Assembly: GCA_964016885.1 (NCBI GenBank)
Contig: OZ024740.1
Coordinates: 140,554,001-140,618,000 of the forward strand
DNA: 64,000 nt
Direction of reading: 5' to 3'
From: Eledone cirrhosa
Lineage: Eukaryota
The notes under the pieces are model-generated. The model was not told the origin of the DNA. It searched no databases and worked only from the letters and a program-made list of their open reading frames with translations. This document shows, in pieces, positions 27,596-39,968 of the stretch. The translations under genes were made by a program, and so were the position numbers. Position 1 is the first letter of the stretch; each line of letters begins with the position of its first letter.

Positions 27596-28954
27596 CTGAA
27601 ATTTTAATTTTAATTTTAATTTTGTGTAATCAAAGTAAACCAGTATTTTATTAAATAAAACCATCCATTTTAAATGGTTCCTAATTAAATTAAAATTATC
27701 CAACATAATTTTATATAAGAATCATATGTATCATTTTAGTAATGAAATAATAATTTTAGTAAATCCTTCAAAATTCTTCATGAATTAATTGAAATCAAGC
27801 ATATTTAATTAGGAATATGCTCATAAAAGGGTTAATAATGCTTTAAAAAAATGTATAGAAGTGACAGTTCAAATCCAATTGAAGTGATTATCAGCTGAAA
27901 CCTGATATTGAACACTGAACCAAAGGAAATATAAGTTAAGAGTTAAAAAAATCCGGAATTCTCAGATTTTAACAATAAGTCGCCTAAAAGAATTTACATA
28001 TAGTTTATATTCCATGTAAATTAGTTATTTGTTTTGGATTTTTGAGGATCTAGGTTAAACATATACTTTTGACATTCCATTGTGTGTAACAAGTGGGTGA
28101 AATATATATCAGAGATGCTTTGTCCCAAGCAGAAATGCCAAGAGCAACTTAATTTTTTTGTTACTATATTTCTAATGAAATACACTGCCAATGTGTTTCA
28201 ATTAATTTTGAAAATTAAAAAAATTAAAAAATTTGGAGGAATTTAGTAAAATATATAACTTTTTCATTGCTAAGCTAATGTTTGGAACATTAAGAAAAAG
28301 TTCTTGCATAAACTTATGTTGGAAGGTTGTAATATGGATATAAAACTTTAAAACAAACAGTTTTGTATCATAGAACCAGAAGCAGTTTTATGCAGTTTAG
28401 TATCGAAGGGGTTGAACATGTTGTAAGTTACTTCTGTTGATTATCACTGTTGAAAATCCTTCAGCAGGTATGCCTGTGTGGGATCTTGTCAATGAGCCCT
28501 AAACTCCTGAATGAGTCGTATAAGTGCTGTTGGCATCTAAACATGGTAGAGCCCAATTTCTCTCAGAGAGAGAAAGATATAGAAGAATCGACTCTGGTAC
28601 TTTATTTGAAAGAATGAAAAGTTGATTTTAACATGTTTTGAACAGAATGCAGTGAGCCAGAATGAATACCACAAAACATTCAAACTTTTTAGTAGTTATT
28701 CTAAGGACTCTGTCACCTTGCTTAGATTACACATACAGAAAGGTTCCAACTGCAGTCTTTTGTCAACTACAACCATCTTCAGTGGGTTTTGGTTGCCACG
28801 ATTAACTCTGCAATGCCTTTCCCCAGTAGTTTGGGTCCAAACCAATCTTCTGTCAGAAAGAGCACATATTGCTGAGAAACCACAGCAACTGACTTCAATA
28901 AGGAAATAAGACTGTGTGCTAGTGCCAGCTTTTTACAAGAGCCTCGTAGATTAA

Positions 28955-29166
28955 CCCTTTTGATACTAACCCAATCAAAGCTGGTTCTGGTTTTATGAAA
29001 CAAAACCGCCCATTTTAAAGGGTCCCTATTTAAATTAAAATCTTCAGACATAATTAGGTTGCTATATTTGTAATGAAATGATTAATAATTTGAATAAATC
29101 CTTCAAAACTCTTTATTAATTAATTGAAATAGAATGTTTTTTATTAGAAATACTGTCACAAAAGGG
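28955..29166. mobile_element. piggyBac-type MITE, family A (further copies near 3835, 17125, 27650, 28150, 31890, 56500, 60360, 63610)
   Basis: TTAA-CCCTTTTG at the left end and CAAAAGGG-TTAA at the right end; internal sequence recurs across the window. Confidence 0.85.
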
Positions 29167-31210
29167 TTAAATTCTGGTAGTTGGTTTTCATCAATTAGTG
29201 AGAGTTTAAGTCTGTCCTTTTGAGGCACAGTGACTTTGGCTACTCCAGTATTTAATATTCTTCAATTTATTTCAATGTAGATATCAATGTATTGATGTTA
29301 TAGCTGGCCAATATGAGAATTTAAAATTTTGTTTTAGTTTCTTTTTTATTTATTATTATTATTAGGGCAGTAATGCTTTGTGGGATATTTCCGAGTCTAC
29401 ATTCTGATTTTCTTTTTATATGGAAGATCAGCAGTTGCACATGCAGAAAATAACCCTGCCCTGCTCCACACTACTTATGTTATCCAAGGAAAAAGGCAAG
29501 AGCTGATACCAAATGTAAAGAACCTGTCCAATGCCCCAACAATTTCACCAATCCACCACCCTGGACTGGTATTTTAAAATAAGTACATGTCTAATACTAA
29601 GGCTGATTTAATCAACTGTAAATCTCTCCCACGTTTCTGGTCTTGTGCTTAAATCATTATTATTGTTAAAGCGGCAGTTTGCCAGAATTGTTAGAGCATC
29701 AGACAAGATGCATTGCAGTATTTTTTCTGGCTCTTTATGTTCTGGTTTCAAATCCTGCCGTGGTCAACGTTACCTTTTATTCCAAAAAAAAATTGCTGGC
29801 CTTGTGCTGAAGATTGGCAGAATCATCAGAGCATTGGACAAAATGCTTTATGGTATTTGTTCTGATTTCAAATCCAGTCTAGTCCAACATTATCTCGATG
29901 AAATAACATGACAATATCATAATCATTGTTTAAATGTCCATTATCCATGCTTGCATATGTTACATGGGCTGCCATGTTACGAGATTAGTCAGGTCAGGTT
30001 AGGTTACCATTTCTTGCTCATATGTATCTATGTTTTGACTTGGTTTCTACAGCTAGATGCCATTCCGAACATCAACCACATTACAGTGTGGATTAGGTGC
30101 TTTTTCATCATGGTGGACTGGGTGTTTTTTGTCATGATTATAAAGTATTGAGATTGATTAAATCGCCCTCCACCCCTATCCAAGAAAAAAAGATGCATGC
30201 CTTGTGGCTATGTTAAAAAATATTGTTATTAATTAGCAGAATTATTGTTTTTTACTTGAAATCCTGGCAAAGTTAAACCTGTCTTTCATCCTTCTGTGGT
30301 TAATAAGATAAAGTCCCAGTCTAGTATTGGAGTCAATATAATCAACTAAACTCCACCACCACCCCTTCACTAAATTTGAGGCTTTGTGTCTATATTAGAG
30401 CACAAATAATAAATGTTTCTGAGTTCAAGGCTGTTGAGATCAGCTTTGTCTTTCACCTTTCTAAGGTTGATATAATGTACTGCTCCATTCCCCACAAAAC
30501 TTTGACCTTGTGCCTGTGTTAGAATTTAAAGGGCAGTGAATGGCAAAATTGATTGCGCATGAGAGAAAATGCTTTGCGGCCTTAGTTTTGGGTCATGTTC
30601 AAATTCCACCAAGGTCAACTTTGCCTTTCATCCGGCTGGGGTCGATATAATTGATTACTCTTCCCTCCAAAATTGCTGGCCTTTTGCCTAAATTAGAAAT
30701 CATTATTATTATTAATAATGGTAGTAGAATGCAGACTACATGTCTATGATGGAGACTGGGGTTTATATATTTACTGTACTTTACATTCTGAGTTCAAATC
30801 CTGCCATGGTGAACTTTGCCACTCATCCTTCTTCTGTAGGCTGATAAAATAAGTACCAGTTATCATCATCATCACCATTTAATGTCTATTTTCCATGCTT
30901 TCATGGGTTAGACGGTTTGTCACATTCAGAGGCTAGACAAGTCAGGTGGCCACGTCTCTCTCATACGTTCCATTTTGGGTTTGGTTTATATGGCTAGATG
31001 CCAGCCACTTTACAGCGTGTACCGGGAGCATTTTTTCATGGCACAAACCACTTTACAGAATCAACTTGGTGTGTGGTGAAATGTTGTAAATATATTGGGT
31101 CTGAAGAAAGACACATTCAGCCATGGTGCATGTTAACATATTAAGGCTTGATTTCTGCAGGTAACTGAAACAAATATTGTGTAATTAATATTGATATAAA
31201 ATAACTATAA

Positions 31211-31283
<73 letters not shown>

Positions 31284-32789
31284 AGTATATGCACACTTGT
31301 TGAAGTGGCAGGCAAAAACAATTTCTTTCTGTTTAATTTTGGCCTTTGTTTCTCAGTCACTAGGGGTCGATTTAAATAAGAACGAGTCACAGGTTGTAGG
31401 TCGATTAATTTAAATCAACTATACATGCTCTCCTCCTCCATACTCTTTCTTCACCTCCCACACATCATTATGCCCCCCTCCCCCAATGAATTTTTGATCC
31501 TGTGTAACCAAAGTCAGAACATCACCATCATCATCCTTATTGTTTTTTTTTACTGTTTTTTTTTTGTTCCAGTTTTGAAAATAAGTTGAAGATTTTAATT
31601 GATGTGTAAATAAATAAATGGAATATAAAATAACTGATTCATTAAATAAAGGCAAATATAAAAACAAGCAAAAAAACAAACTTCAAGAAAATAAAACACA
31701 GAATATATTGATAACCGTTTCTATGTATTGATGTATTTTATCTGTTAAACCTGGTGTTGCTTTCTCAAAAACTGTGCAAATAATATTTAAAAAAAGACAA
31801 AAAACAAAACATAAAATAAAAAAAATAAAGAGATAATTATTAATATTAATAATGTTCATCATTATCTTGTTATGTTGGGTGGTTTCTATAAATATTTTGA
31901 TACCAACCTCACCAAAACTGGTTGTCTATGAGACAAAACCACTCATTTTAAAGGATTACTATTTAAACCGGCTATATCCAGCCAGAATTCTCTCACCTCT
32001 TCCTGTTCAAACTGGCTGTAACCGGCCGTTCATAATTATGTTATGGTATTGTTCTCAAAAGAAATATCAGAATCTCGTAGATTCAATATTATGTGTGATA
32101 AAGTGTTTACCTTGAAAATACAACAGTATAATATAGAGTAATGTAAATGCTAAAGGGTTAAATTAAAATCTTTAAGAAGGATTTTATATAAGAATCATAT
32201 GTGAAATTAATATCTTAGTAATGGAATAATTAATATTTTTTTGTAAATCTCTCAAGATTTTCATTAGTTAATAAAAATAGTGTTTTAGAAATATGGCCAT
32301 GAAGGAGTTAATCCAATGGAACCTGGTTTAACACCACCACCACTGGCCAATGGGTGCTTTTATCATGGTCCACTATGTTGCAAGTATTCAGATCAGGTCT
32401 CCAGTTTGAAGATAGCTTACTCCTTCATTTTCTCCTGTTTCAGAGGTCCCTAAAAGGGTTGTGCACTACCCTTCTCTGACTAAACAGTAAAAATTAAAAA
32501 AATGCACTTTGATTACTGAGGTTAACTTTACTTCATAACACGTTTCCATTCAGTTATTGAGCAGTTAACCTTAGCAAAGGCATTCATTATTAGTTTAGTC
32601 CATAGGTACATTGGCTCTCTGCATGTCATAAGTGACTAAAAGAGTTGGCACCAGGAAGGGCATCTGGTCGTAATATATTGCTTCAAAAAGGACCTCATGA
32701 TGAGTATAACAACATATGGACAAAGTACCTCATGGGAGTGCCAAATCCCTTCTCGACAAAACTTGATTGAAATAAAGGAATTCAGTCCA

Positions 32790-35060
32790 TTTATGATGAC
32801 CAAATTCCTGATGTCACTTATGGAGACTGGTATATGAGGTTTGTGACATGGAATATAGGGATGATGATAGGGAGAAGTTGTGGAAGCACTGAATCGAAAA
32901 GTGGACATGTGTGCAGGAGACAAGATGGAAGAGAAGCAGTGTGAGAATGATGAGGGGAAGACAAGGACTGAAGAACAACTTTATAGATGGTGAAACTGGC
33001 AATTGGAAAGTTTTTGTAAACATCATCTTAGGATATGCACCACAAATAATTCAGATTGTTGACGTGAAAGACAAGTTAGTATACAACAGAGGAGATGAAG
33101 TTATCATGAGAGGATATTGACTGGATAGTTTTGGGGGTCCAATAGGACATGGTGTGAATGAAAGAATTTTGGAGTTTGCTGAGAGTTAATGTCAATTTGT
33201 AACATCCAGATTGAAGATCAGGACTGTAACCTTATTACATAGAAATTGGGCAAGTTGTCGACTATCTGATGGTATGCAGGCAAGATAAAAGCAACCTTTG
33301 TGAGACAAAGATAATCCCAGAGGAAGAGGTTGTTACACAGCACCATCTAGTTGCCTATGACCTGAGGTTGAAAGGTGGGAGGAAAGCTCAGTAGAGAAAA
33401 TAACCAAGGCAGGTGTGGAAGTTAAAAGAAGCAAGTTGAGGTAGCCCCTAAAAGAGAAATTGAGTATAAAGATATCACAAATGAATATAAGAGTGATTTG
33501 TTAGGAACTGTTGGTGATGTGTGAGGATGGACAAAAGGACGAGGAAGCCACTTGGAAACAGGGTGGTGGGATGAGGAAATTTGAAAAAAGATTAAAGAAA
33601 TGGCAATAGATATGGTAGCAGAAGAGACAGCTCATCGGAATTACAAGTCAGCCATGAGGGCTGGAAGGGTGAACTGCTTGAAGGATGAAGTGGGATAAAT
33701 TGTAAACTTAGATGGAAAGGTGGAGGCGATAAACAGGAAGGGTGTTGAATGTGGAGAATGAATGGCATGGCAACATAGAAAGCAATTCAGTTCCTCGACT
33801 GGCAGAGAGAATAGCTGTATAAGTTGTGGAAGTAGGGGCCAACAGCAGTTGTAGGAGATATGTTAAAATCAGCAGGAAGTTAGCGTGTGATGGTAGGTGG
33901 TGGAGTACTCTCATGCCATTGTACAAAGAGAAAGATAATCATCTAGACTGGCTTGTACAGAGCTATAGGAACATATAATGAAGGTACTGAAAAGAGGATA
34001 AGGAAAAAGTGCAATTTGGATTTGTGCTGGGAAGAGGAATGACTGATGCAATTTTTATTGCAGGGGAACAGGGACAAGGGTTAATTTGGGTTTGTAGTGA
34101 CATGACCATTCAGAGTGTTAGGAGTGGAGAATTGGTTGGTTAAAGTAGTGAGAGAGCACGTACATTTTTAAAGATGAAAGATGGTAACAGTGATGAGAAT
34201 GTATTAAAAGCCATTACTATTTGTAGTTGTGATGGAGATCCTGACCTGAAGTGTAAAGAAAGGTTTAACATGGGAGTTGCTGTATGCAGAAGACCTGGTA
34301 TTAACAGAAAGTATAGATGAACTGAAGGAGAAGATTAATAGGTAAAACTAATGAATGAAGGTGACAGTGATAGCAAATGTTAAAGCATTTGGATAAATGG
34401 AAAAAACAGGAACGTGGCAATGTGCAGGAAGGGTGTTGGGGTGAATGCTATGAACAAAATTATAAGTACTGAGTAAGTACATAAAAAATATAGTAGTGCA
34501 AATGAATTATTAAATAATGTGGCAGCTACATATAAGTCTGGCAGGAATAAGATGGAAAAAATGTTGAACAGGATATGGGAAATGTGTGAAATAGCTTTAT
34601 ATCTGTGGATACATGTTGAATGTAGGTTGGATCAGACTCTGCAACAGTATCTAGAGTGAGATGTGCACAGTAGAAGTTTGGAAATTAAGTGGCATGCTAA
34701 TAAGGAGATGAGTATCACTGAAACTGAAGTGGAAGGTGTATGTTGCATGTGTTCAAAATGCCATGATTCATGGGAATTAAACACGAGTGGTAAATGTGGA
34801 GCAACAGAGAAGGCTGGAAAGAACATAAATGCAAATGATTCAGTGGATTAATGGAAGATGATAGAAATAGAACCAGTGGAATGAAATGGTTGGGTCATGT
34901 GTTGAAAAAGGATTAAGATAACTGGGTGATGGAAATGAATGTAGAAGAAAATAGAAAGGGAAGGCCATGGCTAAGGGTAATGGAGGAGGAAATGAAAGCC
35001 AGGCATTTGGTAAGTGGGATGCAGATGATAAGGCAACAATCTGTGTTAATAATAAAGACA
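32790..35060 (+). mobile_element. Heavily decayed, near full-length RTE LINE
   Basis: Colinear remnants: QETRW, GYAPQ, QFGFVLGRGMTDAIF, WELLYAEDL, WLGHV, GRP; many stops and indels. Confidence 0.8.
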
Positions 35061-35094
35061 TATAGTGTTTATGCTAAAACGTGGGAAAATTCGT

Positions 35095-38000
35095 TTTTAT
35101 TATTACTGGTTGGTAGGTTAGTTGGGAGGTTATACATAAACAGACTCATTAACTGCTTAATGAACACAACCACAAGGATATGGTCCGGATGTGGAAGAGC
35201 CGAATTCCCACTGTCATCGCCTCCATCTCTCCCTGTATGGTGAGCAAATGGGGTCTCATGTGCTGGCCTCCCCACAGCCCTGGTGGACAGAATGGAGAAG
35301 GCATTTCCCCGGAGGATGGTAAGGGAGATGCGCTGGAAGAACCATTCCAACTCGCGAGGTTCACACCTGCGGCTGGCCAGCTCAGCACCTATGGTGGTGA
35401 GTAGGGAGGTAGCCCTAGGGCCAAGGGCACCAGAAGTCTCCACTGCCAAGGGCATGACCGCAAACCTGTTGGAGAGCGACCGGTACTTGGAGTGCTTGGC
35501 CTCCTCACCCCGACGTGCAGCAGAACCTGGGTTAGTTGCAGACTGCACCAGGTTGCGGCTGGTGAAGGTGTCGCTGCAATTGGCATCCCAGATGAGGTGT
35601 TTGCCACCGTGGAATGGGAAGATGGTCATACCGTCTGGCCTTTTGCTGTCCCCTCAGTCCAGCCCAACAGGCTCGAGCTGGGGGGGGGGGGGGGAGCCTG
35701 CAGCATCGAAGCCACGCTTTATGACCTCATTGAGGGCAGCATGGCATGGAAGGCGGCTGGCACTTTGGCGACAGGAAAGCAGATGGAGGTCGAAAGAGCC
35801 CACAGTGGATCCACAGTGACATTTATGTGGCTTGTAGATCCAGAGGCCAAGCCTCAAGGAAACACTGATGCGCAGGCTATTGTTATCCAGTTGCTTGCCA
35901 GTGGAGAAGGAGCACAAGGCATGGAGCCAGGCACCACTGTGGGGTTTGGAGGTCGCGCAAAAACAGGCACGGCAGTGCTGGTCGAGCTGGCGGTGTGAAC
36001 CTGTCTCAGGCCAGGCTGCACTGGATGGCATCCCAAATGCTTTGGGAGGGGACAAAACGTCAGTAGGAGGAGAAAGAAGAGGGACGTCTACTGGGTTAAG
36101 TCCCAGCCTGTCCCACGTCTCACAGGCGACCTCGTTCCCTGGTCACAGAGGATTCCATTGTGTTTTGGAGAACCCTGCTGACGAGGATGCGGCATGAGGT
36201 TACTGACGAAAGAAATGCCGGCAAAGCCACCATATCTGACAGGTAAAGTGGCCTGTTGCCATCCAATGTCGTCAAACCTGACATATCTCCTGGGCTGCCA
36301 CTCGGATATAAGTATCGGGGTCAGCGAGGAGAGATGCGTGGCTGTAGCATGGAGTGCTGCGAAGGGTAAAGAGGAGCTTCGGCATGGCGAAGCAGTTCCT
36401 CAACAGGAAAGGTGCTGGGTGGCTGTCAATGAAGCCTAGTCAGCTCATGAGGGTCTTGAGTTGCTGGAGCCTGGACCTGATGGTGGAGTGGGTGGATCGG
36501 AGTCCCGAGGATGAGGACATCCTCTTTGGGGGTCACCTATACCTGGTAGAGAATGGACTGCACGTCCAAGATGGAGTCTGCAAAGCTAACATTCACAACC
36601 TCCGACTTGGACGAGTTGACCTGGAGGCCAATTCCCGCTAGGTCAGGAACCACCGATTGTAGGTCATGGCAGACAGTCTCTATGGGCCCGCCCAATGTAG
36701 CATCATCCAGATACGAAGCGTTGAGAGAGGTCGTGATACTCCGGGCAATGTGGTCTATACCAAGGGCAAACAGGAGGGGGACCAAAGGGTCACCCTGTTG
36801 GACCCCAGTGGCCGAAGGTATGACCGTATCAGCAACAAGGAGCATGCTTGGGGCTCCATGACAGTTAGGCCAGTGGGTAGGCAGAGGGGGCTCAGCTGAG
36901 GCAGGTATTCCTCATGTCAAGCTTGACAATGAGGTGCCTGGAGTCCTTGGATGCCAGTTCCGGTGGGCAGCTATTGAAGAACTGCCTGGTTGCATGTGCG
37001 CCCCCCTCACAGCCACCTGACTGAACCCCTCACTCAGTTCAGGTGTTATAGACCTGCAGACCACTTTAGCAGCCAGCCTCCGGAAGACATTGCCCACAGC
37101 GATGGAGCATGTGCCACCCTCTTTCTTCCTGAGAGTGGTCAGGCTAGCTGAAAAGAAGAGGCCTTGGGCGTGAGGGTCCAGGGTGCCATGGATAAGTATA
37201 TTGGTGAGTGCCGCAATTGCACTCAGAAGGCAGCGGTGGGGGGGGGGGGGATAGCAACTCCTTGAGGTGGCCAGGTCGGACCATCAACACCTCCACTGTT
37301 GCTAGCAGGGAAGGACTTGATGGCAAACATGATGTCTGTGTTGGAAGCCACAAAGAGCAAGTGGGGATCGGATGGGGGTATGGGTCTGAGGTCACCAGGT
37401 GGCTCAGGGTGCTTGAGTCGAAGGGCAGCCAGGACCTCTTCGGTGGGTTGGAGGACAGTGTCCTCTGAGGCAACCACTGCGGCTGAGACATCACCAATGA
37501 TTAGTTTAGCGTTTACACGGTCACGAGAAGGATTGAAGGCACTCGAGAGCTGGGGGTGTGGCGTCCTTCAGCACGCTTGGGATGGCGCTTTCCCAAAGGA
37601 CGAAACATTGGCCTTGACAAAGGCTGCTGTTGACAGGCTGCCTTGGTCAGCGCCAGAGTTGGGGAGGCCAAGGACAAGTGGGGGGAAATAAAAGAGGCGC
37701 TCCCAGTCGCTGGTTTGCTTAGAGTCCAGGTCACTCTCAATTGAGGAAGCGAGGGCATCGGCTACCGGGCTGCTCTTGGGATCTTGAGTGGAATCTTCTG
37801 GAGCCGCCTGAGCCAAGCGATGTTGACCAGCGAGGCTTGGGCATCAGAAAGTTGCTGCATCTTCACGCTGCGAGGGCACTGGAGGCTCGACGTGTCAAGC
37901 CAACACAGGTGAGGTGGTGGAAGCAGCTGCACCCCAAACAGTTCCGGCCCCTCTTCCATCTGTTTGTGGTGCTGCAGGTTTCAACTGGTGGGGATGGAGG

Positions 38001-38300
38001 ATGGGGAGTGGAGCCAGGGACTGGGCACCAAGCGGCATCAGGGGGGAGTGGCTGGTTGTTATCAGCCTGGGTGCTAGGCTCAACTGTATGTGGGTGGAAG
38101 GGAAAGTGCTGGTATGAGTGAAGCCTCATAGCTCACCTACACCAGATCTGGAGGCGACAGAAGACAAGATAGAAAAGAAAGGGGGTGAATGGAGGGACAC
38201 ACATGAGAAAGTAAAAAGTTAGCCAATGAATGAATGAACAAATAGAAAACCGGGGGTTGTTCCCAGCAGAAAGAACCAGAGTTCTGCACGCACACATGCG
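35095..38300 (-). mobile_element. CRE-clade non-LTR retrotransposon (RT plus restriction-like endonuclease), frameshifted
   Basis: Sharp GC-rich island; IAVGNVFRRLAAK, GVQQGDPLxPLLF, YLDD, SGAWL, CxC-H-C knuckle, KRPDG, WD, EEAKHSKY, PLAVETSG, FQRISLTILRGNA. Ends are approximate and no TSD was found. Confidence 0.9.
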
Positions 38301-38525
38301 AGCATGTTAACAGTTTCTCATAGAAGCATGTGGCTAAAGATTAGTCTATCAATCCTGAAAACATGTGTTGTTGTTGTTATTGACACTGATGCTGGAGTTG
38401 GCTTCCTCTTGGTAGTGGTAGTGATTGCTAATATGATGTTGGTGTATACACATATATGTTGTTATAATCACTGCTGCTGTCGTTGCCTTCCTCTTGTTAA
38501 TGGTAGTGATAATTGTTGGTGCTAC

Positions 38526-38601
38526 CTATTTCGGCTGTCAAGCTGGCTGCTGAATCAACTTCTGTGAGTGAAGCTCCAATGGGCTTCTTTGACCGAAGCA
38601 T
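38526..38601 (-). CDS. Candidate first coding exon of an unidentified gene
   Basis: ccaaaATG then MLRSKKPIGASLTEVDSAASLTAEI, donor AG/GTAGCA (weak), at the edge of a repeat-poor, CpG-retaining stretch; no family recognised. Confidence 0.3.
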
Positions 38602-39407
38602 TTTGGAATTTGGTGAAATTCTGATAAATTTTACACAACTTATTTCTTCTCTGAAGCGACTTGCTTCATACATTATAATTTGTATCATTTCGCAGCCCAG
38701 CGGTATATAAATATTCTCTCTTTCTAATCCGATTCAAATAATTGTGAATTGATGGTCTGTTTTTTTTTTTTTTTGTTTCCTTTAATTTTTTTTCCTTTCT
38801 CTTGCTCTTCTCGTATATTTTGATGCATTATATTTGTGAGGTTCCTATCAATGGTTAATAGTATTTATTATTTGTGGTTATATTTCCATTCTAGAATGTA
38901 TTCCATCATAACAGCACATTCTGTTTCCCGGCATATTGTATTAAACTGTGAATTAATGCCGCGAATGTTTGGAACGAAAGAATATTTGACTATTGAGTAT
39001 TCAGATAACCCAAGCGTAAAATCATCAATGTAGAGTAAACAAATCTTAAATAGAGCTTGGAGCGGATATTTTATGTTAAGAGAACATTTGGACAGAATAG
39101 ATTTGGATAGAATCTAGTGGATTTAAGAATATGTTAGAACTGATGAAGCAACGTGGTAAATGTTTAAGATAAACATTTATTATAGACTAACCTTAATCTT
39201 TTTTTAAATCAAGAGGATTGGTATCTGATGTACGCAAATTTCCTTCATCGACGTCAAATTCAATATCTTTATGGACTTCACGTGTTGAGTTACGTATGGC
39301 GAACTCTTTTGCTTAATAATTTGCGACTAATATAACAGCTCTGCATGGCTCTCATTGCATTGAGCTAAAAGTCTCTAAATGAGTATACATGCTCCAATTA
39401 ATAATAT

Positions 39408-39780
39408 TGTAGCGGCCCCTTACGGCTGTAACTCAGCACGTATAGGAGTTGCGTCCCTTTGTGACGGTCGCAATTCCAAGTGGCAGATCCATGTACTAAA
39501 TGGAGTTGCGTCCCCCTGGGGACTATATATTTAAGAACATCAAGGCATTAACTCTCTCACTTTCTGCAGCGGCAGCCGAAAGGACCACTTGAACCTTACC
39601 AAGAGAAGATTTCTGCTCTTCTCTACACACTCCGGTCTGGGAGTTGTGACCAACTGACCATCAACATGTGGTAAAAATTATTTCTATTAATTTATTTGAC
39701 TTCTGTGAAGTAAAACCATGTCACAACACTCACCTGCATTTATTGTCATTCTTAATAATATATATACACTGATTCCAACA
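39408..39780 (+). mobile_element. Possible solo LTR
   Basis: Begins TGTAG, ends CAACA, central TATATATTTAA, duplicated GGAGTTGCGTCCC motif; no matching TSD. Confidence 0.35.
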
Positions 39781-39844
39781 TTCTAAAATATAATATTAGT
39801 ATACTATATGCATATATGTGTGAGTAGCAACACGTGTTTGTGTG

Positions 39845-39968
39845 TGTTGCTGCTGACTCTAGCAGAGCCCCCCAGAAAATACGTCTACACAGTTTGGCCA
39901 TTATCAATGACGTTGGCCAAACTGTGTAGACGTGTTTTCTGGCGGCTCTGCTAGAGTCAGCATCAACA
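39845..39968. repeat. Near-perfect inverted repeat (about 55-bp arms, 13-nt loop)
   Basis: 39845-39900 is the reverse complement of 39914-39968 apart from about 3 mismatches and a 1-nt indel. Confidence 0.95.

Noticed and set aside
35149-38121. Many overlapping plus-strand ORFs in the GC-rich island
   Set aside because: Antisense shadows caused by stop-codon scarcity; all recognisable motifs are on the minus strand.
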